The notes beneath the pieces were generated by a model. The model was given only the letters and a program-made list of their open reading frames with translations, made no database searches and had not been told where the DNA came from. Shown piece by piece: positions 1 through 8,924 of a stretch of 64,000 nt of DNA. The DNA is from a virus (taxonomy: Duplodnaviria > Caudoviricetes). The stretch is taken from IMG/VR virus record IMGVR_UViG_3300023174_000037. One strand, written 5' to 3'. How positions within the stretch are numbered: position 1 is the first letter of the stretch; every line of letters begins with the position of its first letter. Made by a program: the position numbers and the translations under genes.

Positions 1-592
1 CTTCTGTCCAGGCAAACACATAGTAACCATAAATTTCGGTACAGGCTGGAAAAAGGTTCCAAGTTTTATAATTGTTAAATTTATTATTAATATGATTCCA
101 GTATCGAGTCAGTTGGCCAACATTCCAAATCCATGGTGTAAGGTTGCTGACGTTAGGCAAGTGGTCAACTGACTTGTCAACTACATTTTTTATATCAGGA
201 TATGATTCAACCAGTTTGTTAGGCAAGTAATATGTTACACGATATTTTTCATTTGATTTAAAAGTAGAAAAATCACATGGTCTAAGCACAAAATCTTTAC
301 TGTCAAATACAACAACATCATCAACTGCAGAATGAACACTATAAAATATTTTATTAACCTGTTGTTCAGTGTATCTATCTTTGTAAGAACAAGCTGTTTG
401 ATTAATCTCAACATTCCAACCATCTAACAACATATGGTCAATTATTTTTTGAACTACTTGCTGATCAGTATCTTGTTGGGTTACTACTATAAGACTTTTT
501 GATCCTTGCCAATTTTTTTTTAAACAATAACAAAACATTTCAAATTGTTTTAAATCGTCTGGATAGGTAACAACCAATAATTTATGAGTCAT
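1..592 (-). CDS. partial CDS running off the left edge; glycosyltransferase-like (DUF6492-like) protein
   Basis: Not in the ORF track. Translated by hand from ATG 592: MTHKLLVVTYPDDLKQFEMFCYCLKKNW...EQQVNKIFY...VVVFDSKDFVLRP...LTPWIW..., with no stop down to base 1. The QQxxK and DSKDF(x)LRP motifs recall DUF6492. TAAATA lies 5 nt upstream. Confidence 0.6.
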   Translation of the reverse strand, partial: MTHKLLVVTYPDDLKQFEMFCYCLKKNWQGSKSLIVVTQQDTDQQVVQKIIDHMLLDGWNVEINQTACSYKDRYTEQQVNKIFYSVHSAVDDVVVFDSKDFVLRPCDFSTFKSNEKYRVTYYLPNKLVESYPDIKNVVDKSVDHLPNVSNLTPWIWNVGQLTRYWNHINNKFNNYKTWNLFPACTEIYGYYVFAWTE

Positions 593-625
593 GCAGTTAT
601 TTAAGTAGCTAACAATTTTAACCAA

Positions 626-652
626 CAAAAAAGGGCCTTAGGCCCTTTTTTG
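626..652. terminator. intrinsic terminator after the major capsid gene (near-symmetric hairpin)
   Basis: caaaaaagggcc-tta-ggcccttttttg: 12 bp inverted repeat with A/T tails on both sides, just downstream of the gp23 stop. Confidence 0.85.
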
Positions 653-690
653 ATTTTCCTTCCCATCCCTGAGAAAGTTGTGTTCTCTGA

Positions 691-1887
691 TTAGGAGAAT
701 GACAAGTTTTGAACTGCGATCTCGCCAACATAGTCAGCTGCGTTACCGAAGCTGGATGCTGTGTTGGTCAACTCAACGAAGCCATAACGTGTCATGAATG
801 ATACGACTGGTTCGAATGTTGATGGATCTAAAACAACGCCACTGCTCATTAAAGGAATGTATGGGCAATAGAACGCGGCAGCATCTGCCTCGCTAGTACC
901 TTTGTATCCTACCAATACAGAAGCTGTGTCAGAAGCATAGCTGTTTACAAACACACGCATTGCGCCGTTGAGTGTACCAACAAACTTGGTGTTTGTAGGT
1001 GCTTCGAATGTGCCTTCTGTTGTGCGAGCAAAAGCTGATGTTGTAGCAGATTGCAATACTGTTAACGATGCTGGAGATACAACAGCCCAGTTACCAGCAC
1101 CACGACGTGTGCGCTGAGCGATCAGGTTAGCTGTACGATTGATCAGAACTGCCAAAGCGGCATGCTCATCACCAACGAATGTAGCTGTACCAGATACAGT
1201 AGCTTGGTTGTATGTATACTCAGTAGCTGCCAATGTAGACAAGCTCAAGAGAATCTCTTGGTCAATCTCAGCTGTAATCTCTTGTGCAAGAGCAGCCATG
1301 ATTTCAGCTTCTACATCGATACCGTGCATAGCTTGTGCATCTTGAGCAGATTCAAATGTCCAACGAGCTTGTAACTTGCGTGTCTTGGCTTCAACAGCTT
1401 GTTTCAAGATCTGAACGGAAATTTGCTTACCGCCTGTACCTTCCATTGTTGCTGTGTTGTTACCTGTGTAACCAGTAGCTGTTGTAGTAGCTTGTGGAAC
1501 AGTAGAGTAAGCAGTAGCAATAGTGAAAGGACTCAAAGCTTCTTGACCAGCTTGGACGCTAGTAGCGGCTGCTGAATTGTCAGTTAAACTCTGTGCATAG
1601 CGAACACGTAATGTGTGGATTTGACCTACAGGACCTGTCATTGGCTGAACACCAACCAACTCGTTAGCAATAACAGTTGGCATAACACGTCGAATAACTG
1701 GCAGAATCACACGGTTTAATGTAGCAATGTTACCACTTACTGTAGAACCAGAAGATGCGTTCTCACGCAAATACTTCTTGGTATTTTCAAGGATTACGCT
1801 CATAGACGAACGCTTGGAACCAGAAAGGCCTTCCAAGAGTGCGTCTTTAGTTTCGTCCCAACGACCTTCTAATAATTCTTGTGACAT
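691..1887 (-). CDS. gp23: major capsid protein (T4 gp23-like, HK97 fold)
   Basis: Motifs PVIRRVMPTVIANELVGVQPMTGPVGQIHTLR, AKTRKLQARWTFESAQD, EIDQEIL, FYCPYIPL and PVVSFMTRYG are typical of gp23; GGAGA SD upstream. Confidence 0.95.
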   Translation of the reverse strand: MSQELLEGRWDETKDALLEGLSGSKRSSMSVILENTKKYLRENASSGSTVSGNIATLNRVILPVIRRVMPTVIANELVGVQPMTGPVGQIHTLRVRYAQSLTDNSAAATSVQAGQEALSPFTIATAYSTVPQATTTATGYTGNNTATMEGTGGKQISVQILKQAVEAKTRKLQARWTFESAQDAQAMHGIDVEAEIMAALAQEITAEIDQEILLSLSTLAATEYTYNQATVSGTATFVGDEHAALAVLINRTANLIAQRTRRGAGNWAVVSPASLTVLQSATTSAFARTTEGTFEAPTNTKFVGTLNGAMRVFVNSYASDTASVLVGYKGTSEADAAAFYCPYIPLMSSGVVLDPSTFEPVVSFMTRYGFVELTNTASSFGNAADYVGEIAVQNLSFS

Positions 1888-1914
1888 TTAAGTCTCCTTT
1901 TATTATATCTTAAA

Positions 1915-3015
1915 TTACAGCCCTGCCAAACGCTTTAGATCGATCACATTGCTGGTATTATCAGCTTGTTGATCTGCATCTGGACTGCGGGCAGATTTAT
2001 CGCCAGTGGCTTCGTTGAACGATTCAGTAATTACTTTTTTGGCTTTCACTGAACGATCTTCTAAAACTGCTGGTAGATACTTTTCAAAAGCATTCGACAA
2101 GCGACTTGTCTGGACACTTTCAAGCAAATTACGCATTACTTCTTGCTTTTCCTTGTTTAGGGGAGCAAGCAATTCCTCTAACATAGCTTCACGCTGATTA
2201 GATTCTTTAAGTATACGCATTTCGCGTTCTTTGGACTCGACCAGAACTTTTGCCTTCTGGGCGAATTTGATGGCTTCAGCTAGTTTACTATCTTTGGCTG
2301 CGATTGTATCATGCAATTTACGAACTTCTTGCTTCTCATTTAAATGAGTTGCTCCAAATTCACTTGCATACGCTTCAAAAATACGACGACCAAAATTGTT
2401 CTCGCGAGCAACTTTAATGTCTTCTTTCAACTGACTGAGTTCACCCTTTAGGTGTGTGCTAACAGCACTGGACATCTTCTTGGCAGATTCTGTAACGAAC
2501 TTGGCCTTGAGTGTTTCCAATTGTTTGCGAGCTTCGCGCACCAAACGAACTTTTGTATTAACTACATCTTGTTTGTCTGTTGCAAATTCTTGAATCTCAC
2601 GTGCAAGAGCATGAACCACAAATTGTTCTAACTTCTGAACGCCTTCTGTGTGCATCTTGCGGTCTTTACGCAGTTCGCCAATTTCTTCAGCAAGTTTTGT
2701 CACCATAAAGTTGTTGAACTTTGTAGCTGACTCTTTCATCTTGCCTTGAAATTTAACGCGATCTTCAGCCAGTGCTTGCTTTTCAGCTTGCACTTGTTCA
2801 AGTTCTGCGGTTAAACCATCTGTTATCATACGATCCAGGGCTTCCACCATCACTGTTTTATCATGCTCATAGCGTTGTGCAAACTCTTCGCGGAGTTCTG
2901 CACGTACCTGTTCACGAGCTTCGTTCAACTTGGCTTCCCATGCTTCTGAGATCTGTTGTTGAGCTTCTTCGTTGATAAGGTCGCTATCTAGTAACGGTTT
3001 AATAGCATCTAGCAT
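1915..3015 (-). CDS. gp22: prohead scaffolding/core protein (gp22-like)
   Basis: Long coiled-coil E/K/A-rich protein between protease and capsid genes. Probable start is MLDAIK at 3015 (track starts 3042). Confidence 0.8.
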   Translation of the reverse strand: MLDAIKPLLDSDLINEEAQQQISEAWEAKLNEAREQVRAELREEFAQRYEHDKTVMVEALDRMITDGLTAELEQVQAEKQALAEDRVKFQGKMKESATKFNNFMVTKLAEEIGELRKDRKMHTEGVQKLEQFVVHALAREIQEFATDKQDVVNTKVRLVREARKQLETLKAKFVTESAKKMSSAVSTHLKGELSQLKEDIKVARENNFGRRIFEAYASEFGATHLNEKQEVRKLHDTIAAKDSKLAEAIKFAQKAKVLVESKEREMRILKESNQREAMLEELLAPLNKEKQEVMRNLLESVQTSRLSNAFEKYLPAVLEDRSVKAKKVITESFNEATGDKSARSPDADQQADNTSNVIDLKRLAGL

Positions 3016-3016
3016 A

Positions 3017-3664
3017 TTATTTCCCTTCAATCTTGAGACCACGTATCAGACGCATTACTTCTTCTTTAACGTATCTCTGTGCTTTGCCGCTCTTAGCTGG
3101 GTCTTTGAACATATCTAACAATTGTTGTCCACCTTTGTGATTCAAAAGGCCTTCATAAATTGCCGTAGGATATGCATTTGGAGCACTCGGCTGAGCAACC
3201 ACATCTACAGTGACGATTTCAAAGTCACTGACATGTCCGGTTCTGTCGTCGACGTTTCCTGATCCACGACTACTAACCCCCAATTTTACACCGTTAGTCA
3301 ACATAGTTTCCACTAGTTTGCCCATCGGTGTAGGTAATATTTTTAATGTGCCCATGCCAGCTGGACCATCCATCCACATTTTTTCAATCATGTGACTTAC
3401 ACGATCCAAATTAATTTTTAAATCATCTGGGTGATCAACTTCACCCAAAACCGAATGACCTGTTTTAATTTGTTCGTTAATGGTATCAACTGCGTTGGCA
3501 ATTTCATTTACAGGATATACTCGCTCGTTGGCGTTTCTTACGCCGCCTTCAATGCAAACACCTTTTAACTTCAGTGTTTTGCCGGAGCCATCGTGGGCTT
3601 CCTCAGACAGGATTTCAAGACCTGCCTGAGTGAAGCTTAGATGTTCTTTTAGATATCGAGCCAT
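3017..3664 (-). CDS. gp21: prohead maturation protease (gp21-like)
   Basis: NANERVYP, LGEVDHP (catalytic His), GVSSRGSG (catalytic Ser) and DVVAQPSAPNAY motifs; canonical synteny. Confidence 0.93.
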   Translation of the reverse strand: MARYLKEHLSFTQAGLEILSEEAHDGSGKTLKLKGVCIEGGVRNANERVYPVNEIANAVDTINEQIKTGHSVLGEVDHPDDLKINLDRVSHMIEKMWMDGPAGMGTLKILPTPMGKLVETMLTNGVKLGVSSRGSGNVDDRTGHVSDFEIVTVDVVAQPSAPNAYPTAIYEGLLNHKGGQQLLDMFKDPAKSGKAQRYVKEEVMRLIRGLKIEGK

Positions 3665-3673
3665 ATCTCTGGA

Positions 3674-4522
3674 TTACGCTTTACCAACTGGTGATTTTGT
3701 ATTCACACCACTTGCTTGAGCTGTTACAGGTTTTGGAGCAGCTGCCAACTTAGAGTTAGAACCACCTTTGCCTGGTACATTTTTAAACTGGCCTGCTTGT
3801 GGCAAATCGCCAGTTTTTGGAGCTGGACGGCCTTGAGCTGTATCACCAGTCATTTTCACTGGAGATGCTGCCATGCCTTTAGCACCACTGTTAAAAGCAA
3901 CTACGCTTTTATTGTTAGCACCATCGTCGCCGTGCTTAGGAGCAGGAACTTTGTCTAACGTTACATTTTCCATCATACCCATCATGTTTTCGCCCATGTC
4001 GTCAAATTCAGCTGTGTCTGTGTCATCCATTTCTAAAGCGTCGCCGCCGTCAATATCAGATACTTCGTCACCCATGTTGCTGCCTTCTTCGCCACTCATA
4101 ATAGCTTCAAATTCAGCCATTAATTCGTCGAGCTTGTCTTCTAGATCAACTACGCGGTCTTCAATATTGCCATCACCAGCGTCATGATCTTTTTCCATGT
4201 CATGAGTTAAATCTTCGCCATCTTCTTCAGCGGCGTCGTCAAATTCAGCATCAGACTCTTCATCTTCTTGCATGCCTTGTTCTTCAGCTTCAACGTCGTC
4301 GATTAAATCATCGCTGGCATCACCACCAAAATTTTCGTCAAGTTCTTCAGAGTCTTCTTCGGCTTCTTCAGCTTCGTCTAACTCTTCTTCTTCTTCCTCG
4401 TTCATCAAATTTTCATAGATTTCACGAGATTTTTCTACCACGATGTCGTGGAATAGTTCTTTGGCTTTCGCCTCTTCATCATTGATCACGTATTCGATCA
4501 ACTGTTCAAATTTATTAGTCAT
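3674..4522 (-). CDS. highly acidic prohead core/internal protein (gp67/gp68 position)
   Basis: Very D/E-rich N-terminal two thirds and basic G/K/P-rich C-terminus; lies between portal and protease. Likely start MTNK at 4522 after GGAGGA. Confidence 0.6.
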   Translation of the reverse strand: MTNKFEQLIEYVINDEEAKAKELFHDIVVEKSREIYENLMNEEEEEELDEAEEAEEDSEELDENFGGDASDDLIDDVEAEEQGMQEDEESDAEFDDAAEEDGEDLTHDMEKDHDAGDGNIEDRVVDLEDKLDELMAEFEAIMSGEEGSNMGDEVSDIDGGDALEMDDTDTAEFDDMGENMMGMMENVTLDKVPAPKHGDDGANNKSVVAFNSGAKGMAASPVKMTGDTAQGRPAPKTGDLPQAGQFKNVPGKGGSNSKLAAAPKPVTAQASGVNTKSPVGKA

Positions 4523-4628
4523 ATTTTCCTCCAATGGTTATGGCTCGTTAGATATTTACATCTAACTTATAATATTGGTAGTTTTGAGGCTGAAAAGTGG
4601 GTATATTTGACTATTATGTTACAGCTAA

Positions 4629-4850
4629 TTATAGTCCAGGAGCAGCCGGAGGAGGTGCGTATTGTTTCTTAACTTGTTTGAGTTTTTCTTTATACTCGTA
4701 ACTACGCACATCTTGCATCTGACGTAGTTTATTAAGTTGACGCAAAGTTAAACGAGTTTTACGAAGATTATCCAGTCGTGGTTGACTGTTATCTTGACTA
4801 ATGTCTTGATAAGCTTCAGGGCTTTTTTCGTATATCTCGTTGAGAATCAT
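4629..4850 (-). CDS. small conserved head-module protein
   Basis: 73 aa ORF with RKTRLTLRQLNKLR motif directly after portal; TATAAATA 5 nt upstream. Confidence 0.6.
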   Translation of the reverse strand: MILNEIYEKSPEAYQDISQDNSQPRLDNLRKTRLTLRQLNKLRQMQDVRSYEYKEKLKQVKKQYAPPPAAPGL

Positions 4851-4855
4851 ACTAG

Positions 4856-4863
4856 TATTTATA
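4856..4863 (-). promoter_or_regulatory. T4-type late promoter TATAAATA
   Basis: Exact T4 late consensus 5 nt before ATG 4850; the TAAATA core recurs before many structural genes. Confidence 0.7.
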
Positions 4864-6697
4864 CGCCGGGCACTACGCCAGCGGTAGGTGGCGGAGCTCC
4901 AGCAGTGCCAGCAGTTCCAGGTGCTGTGGTTGGTGCTCCGGGCAGGCCACCATCTGCTCCAGCCGCATTTGCGCCAGTTATTTCTTCACCTGTAGCAATG
5001 TCGCTTTCTAGACCGGCTGGTGTAATACCAATACTGCGTAGGTCCTGTCCTTGTGTAGTTTCCAACTCAGGTTGATCACGCTCTTCTTGCCACAGCGTTT
5101 CATTTTCTACAATTTCTTCTTCGGTTAGGCCCAAATAGCGTTTCATCATAAAACGCTTGCTCATGTATGGCAAAGGTTCAATTGCCGCAAATGACGAAAT
5201 ACGACTGGTATCTAGTTCGCTTTGACGATAGCTGGCAAAGTTTTGTGGCTCACATAGGCTAATACTAAAGATTCCTGAATCAATATTAAAGCCTCTCCAA
5301 TGCAAGAACATTTTAAATTCGTCATCTAATTTCTGCATAATCAAGCGTTGCAGGCGCATACAATATTGGTTAAAGCGGTATTCTTGTATTAATGCTGTGC
5401 CCACTTTACCATCATTCATAGCACGGTCTGAGTCATCTGGCCCAGTGGGCAAGTAACTACTTGGCACACGTAGACCACGGGCCATTTTGTTATTAAAGTA
5501 TTTTAAATCGTCAATTTCACCAAGATTGGCGCCGCCGGGCAAGGTAGTAACGTCCGATCCGCGGCTGTCTGCACTCACCGGAAAGAAGTAATCTTCGTTG
5601 ATACTAAGCGGATTGTAGCTGGCATCCATCATGTTGGCACCGCCACCGGTGTTGGTAGGAATTCTACGTTGATGCATTTCGTTTTTGACACGTTCCACAA
5701 ACTGCATGGCCATGTGACTGGGCATATTGCCCACGTCAATTTTAAAGATTCTACGCTCTGGAGCACGTTGCACACGGTAAATCAACACCGAATCTTCCAA
5801 CAGTTCTTTTTGTTTGAATACCTTGAATATGTTTTCTAGTATGCTCTGCCCAAACGGCCAAAAGTAATCTAAGCCTTCGTTTAAGCTAAGATGCACCACG
5901 TGACGTGCATCAATACAGGTTTCGTTCATGGCCTGTGTAAATCTGCTGTTGCCTACTCCGCCATTGCCGGTGCCGCCACCTGCTCCACCACCGCCAGGAG
6001 AAGTGTAATTTGATGGGCCACCTGCTGATCCAATAGCACGACTTACATAGTAATCACTTGTGGTCTTTTGCGCCACGCTCATGTTTTGAAAGTTAGGGTT
6101 GATGTCACGAATGATATACTGTTCAGGGCGTTTGCCTTCGCTTTCGTTTACAATCACACGGGCCACTTTGACCATGTCTACCCACATCATTTCAAATGTT
6201 TCTGGATCACGCACAAACACTTGATCACCATACTTGATGGTGTTGCGGAACAGTTTGAATATGCGCTGGTCTAACTTGTTCAGCTTGGTCCACTGTTGCA
6301 GTTGCTTTTTAATGATTTCTACTTCGTGATCTGTGGGTTTGTCTGTAAAGTTGATATCAAATGGCGTTTTGTTGTCTTCGTTGACCTGTGTTGAAAATTC
6401 AGCAATAATGTCCAGACAGGCATTGACTTCACTATCACAGTCCATATTTTCATATTGGTTATAACGTTCAATGCGGTTAGGATGTCCTGAATATACTTCA
6501 GGTAATCTGCTGGCATAGTTGCGGAAGGCGAAGTCATTGGGTGTACCGCCAGCGTTGTATCCGTCACCTGTTTGTCTAGGGTAGCCATCTAGGCCAAATT
6601 GATTTTGTCCTGAAATTGGACTGAGTTGACCGCCGGTGTTTGCAACTTTGAAATATTTTTTCCAACCGGGTTTACGAGTGTTTTGATTATCTGCCAT
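4859..6697 (-). CDS. gp20: portal protein (gp20-like)
   Basis: YENMDCDSEVNACLDII, EDSVLIYRVQRAPERRIFKIDVGNMP, EDYFFP, TLPGGANLGEIDDLKYFNNKMARGLRVPSSYL and EYRF motifs. Probable start MADNQN at 6697, 7 nt after TAAATA (track starts 6793). Confidence 0.95.
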   Translation of the reverse strand: MADNQNTRKPGWKKYFKVANTGGQLSPISGQNQFGLDGYPRQTGDGYNAGGTPNDFAFRNYASRLPEVYSGHPNRIERYNQYENMDCDSEVNACLDIIAEFSTQVNEDNKTPFDINFTDKPTDHEVEIIKKQLQQWTKLNKLDQRIFKLFRNTIKYGDQVFVRDPETFEMMWVDMVKVARVIVNESEGKRPEQYIIRDINPNFQNMSVAQKTTSDYYVSRAIGSAGGPSNYTSPGGGGAGGGTGNGGVGNSRFTQAMNETCIDARHVVHLSLNEGLDYFWPFGQSILENIFKVFKQKELLEDSVLIYRVQRAPERRIFKIDVGNMPSHMAMQFVERVKNEMHQRRIPTNTGGGANMMDASYNPLSINEDYFFPVSADSRGSDVTTLPGGANLGEIDDLKYFNNKMARGLRVPSSYLPTGPDDSDRAMNDGKVGTALIQEYRFNQYCMRLQRLIMQKLDDEFKMFLHWRGFNIDSGIFSISLCEPQNFASYRQSELDTSRISSFAAIEPLPYMSKRFMMKRYLGLTEEEIVENETLWQEERDQPELETTQGQDLRSIGITPAGLESDIATGEEITGANAAGADGGLPGAPTTAPGTAGTAGAPPPTAGVVPGV

Positions 6698-6704
6698 GGT
6701 TGTA

Positions 6705-6710
6705 TATTTA
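6705..6710 (-). promoter_or_regulatory. late promoter core TAAATA (portal)
   Basis: 7 nt before ATG 6697. Confidence 0.6.
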
Positions 6711-6713
6711 CCG

Positions 6714-6773
6714 TTAACCTTGTGCGTAGTGTAACATTTTACCACTGCTATCAGCAGTATTTTTGGTTGCTGA
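6714..6773. repeat. 60 bp direct repeat, copy 1 (copy 2 at 8924-8983): 3' ends of the two paralogs
   Basis: Manual alignment, 58/60 identical. Confidence 0.9.
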
Positions 6774-8924
6774 TTTGATTCTTGCTTGAACATCTACATG
6801 TTCGTGTAACAGAGAAACAATGCGTTTGTTTGTTTTGGCCATTTTTTCAAACATCTGCACAAAATTTCCATTGTTATTATTCAAAGGTATCACTGCTTCA
6901 GTACCGTGTAGTGTTGCAGGATATCCAGATTTTGGACCAGAGAATGCACCGCCTTTTTCAGCCGATACCATATTGTTTCTAAACATGGCTGCTTCTTCTT
7001 GTCTTCGTTTAGTCAACCCGGCTAATTCTTGTCCGCCTGCTTTGTTGTATAAAGGTATAGAGCTGGCTATTTCAGGATTTTTTCGTTTACCGTTGTCAGT
7101 TACCTGTCCAAGCCATCCAGATCCACCATTGAATATAAATGAAGTCAACGCATCAACTTGATTTTGACCCCACTGGTATTTTTTTGATTGTCCAAAGTTG
7201 CCCACTGTTTGTGCTGAAGCATTAACGTATGTGCTGAATCGACTTTCGGCTTCGCTTTGTGAAACAGTTTCTCTTGGTCCTGGATCATTTGGGCCTCCGG
7301 TTGGATACTTGGCTTTGGTACCATAACCGTTGGTCCATTGTTTGTAATCCCAAAATGCAGTTGGTGTAAAACGTTCAGTGGCCTTAATGTAATTTAATAT
7401 GTTAGCCGACGCTGTGGTTGGAACATTACCCGACGGAGCACTGGATTGAGGACCCGGAGGTGCAGCGGCTCCGCTACCACCTGCTGGTGCAGAACTACCA
7501 GGTTCTCTTTTTCCAATGCCAAAAATTCCGCCAGATGAAGCGCCTGGAAGTAATTGACTAGCACGTTCTGCTACGGATCCTACAAATTCAGCAAATTTAG
7601 TCGAGGCCGGCACGGCTATACGAACAAAATCGTCACTGGCTTGTGCAGTCTTAAGCATGTTCTCAGCTATCTTGGCTTGACTCTTGGTAGCACTGTCAAG
7701 CCCTTTTATTTGATTTTTTTGTTCTGTTATTACGGTTGCAGTGTCACCGGTGATGGTTTCAACACCTTGTTTGAATTCTTTTAATGTTCTTAAACTTGGT
7801 CCAAAGCTAACACCAACTTGATTCAGACCCTTGGTTATTTCTATCATTTCAGGACTGATGTTGTCGGCTACTCCTTTTATTGCTTCTGCTGCGGTTCCAC
7901 CATTTTTAAAGAAATCTTTACTAAAGTATTTCATGCTTTCGCCACCGGTGGCTACCAACACGTCAGTGGCACCGGTGATGGCTCCGTTGAAGTTGGCAGC
8001 AAATTCAGCAGCCATTTTTGGACCACCTTTGGCCAATGCTAAGTTGTATGCTTGAAATGCTTGCTCTCTAGCCTTTTCATCTAGATCTTGAAGGCCTGCA
8101 TAGAATGTTTCAATCTGCATGGCCTGCTCACGAGCATCTTCTTGCTCTTTGCGACTCATGCCGGTCATTTTGGTTATTGCATCGAGCTCTTTGAGATACG
8201 CAATTGTGCCATTGGTTAATTCTTTATCTGTTTTTCCACGCAGTCTGCCCAGCGCACCTTCTTGTGCTATGTAGCCAGCTAGCCCTTCATTCATGTCATC
8301 AACAGTAAAACCCATGTTTCTAAACTGTTCTCTGTTTTCAGCAAAGCCAGCAGCGGCGCGACCCATGACTCTGCTGCCTTCAAGAGCACTGCCATAGAAT
8401 TTGCCTAGCGTTTTACTATTGGTAGAAAGAACATTATTCAGTTGACTCAACTGCTCGTCTGTATACCCAAACTGACGCATCTTTTCGTAGACTTCGTTCA
8501 TGGCTTGACCGCCAACCAAGCCAACCTGACTTAACTGTTTGTAAGAATCAAATAGTTTGTTGCTTTGTTTTAGAGCCGCTGTGTTGAGTGCCGCTAGAGC
8601 CTTGGTCATTTCACCAATGATTTTGCCAGCTGGCCCAAATTTGGCTGTGTATGATGCAACGGCTGCAGCTCCACCTTCGACTGTTTTGCTCATGGCCGCA
8701 GTTGCGTCTTGGCCTTTGAGCATGGTTGCGGCCATGTCTTTGGAACTGGTTCCTAATTGTGATAAACTTTGTTTTAGATTGGCAGTGTAGCCTTTTAACC
8801 CGGCTGCATGGTCCATTTGTGCTTCGTTCAGTTGTTTTGCAGAAATATAGCCAGCCTCATACATCTCTTTTTGTTTAGCTAGCCAGGCATCTAGTTCTTT
8901 AAGTGAAGATTCGTCTGCCATCAT
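6714..8924 (-). CDS. tape-measure/baseplate hub-like protein with C-terminal GH24 phage lysozyme domain
   Basis: Helical A/G/Q-rich N-terminal region. Lysozyme-like segment IKATERFTPTAFWDYKQWTNGYGT...QNQVDALTSFIFNGG...LYNKAGGQELAGLTKRRQEE (E-x8-D-x4-T). C-terminal SGYPATLHGTEAVIPL motif. Confidence 0.75.
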   Translation of the reverse strand: MMADESSLKELDAWLAKQKEMYEAGYISAKQLNEAQMDHAAGLKGYTANLKQSLSQLGTSSKDMAATMLKGQDATAAMSKTVEGGAAAVASYTAKFGPAGKIIGEMTKALAALNTAALKQSNKLFDSYKQLSQVGLVGGQAMNEVYEKMRQFGYTDEQLSQLNNVLSTNSKTLGKFYGSALEGSRVMGRAAAGFAENREQFRNMGFTVDDMNEGLAGYIAQEGALGRLRGKTDKELTNGTIAYLKELDAITKMTGMSRKEQEDAREQAMQIETFYAGLQDLDEKAREQAFQAYNLALAKGGPKMAAEFAANFNGAITGATDVLVATGGESMKYFSKDFFKNGGTAAEAIKGVADNISPEMIEITKGLNQVGVSFGPSLRTLKEFKQGVETITGDTATVITEQKNQIKGLDSATKSQAKIAENMLKTAQASDDFVRIAVPASTKFAEFVGSVAERASQLLPGASSGGIFGIGKREPGSSAPAGGSGAAAPPGPQSSAPSGNVPTTASANILNYIKATERFTPTAFWDYKQWTNGYGTKAKYPTGGPNDPGPRETVSQSEAESRFSTYVNASAQTVGNFGQSKKYQWGQNQVDALTSFIFNGGSGWLGQVTDNGKRKNPEIASSIPLYNKAGGQELAGLTKRRQEEAAMFRNNMVSAEKGGAFSGPKSGYPATLHGTEAVIPLNNNNGNFVQMFEKMAKTNKRIVSLLHEHVDVQARIKSATKNTADSSGKMLHYAQG
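8800..8886. repeat. 87 bp direct repeat, copy 1 (copy 2 at 11097-11183): 5' ends of the two paralogs
   Basis: Manual alignment, 84/87 identical. Confidence 0.9.

Noticed and set aside
235-423. 62 aa minus-strand ORF in the track
   Set aside because: Lies out of frame inside the longer open frame 592 to 1, which has coding-like content.
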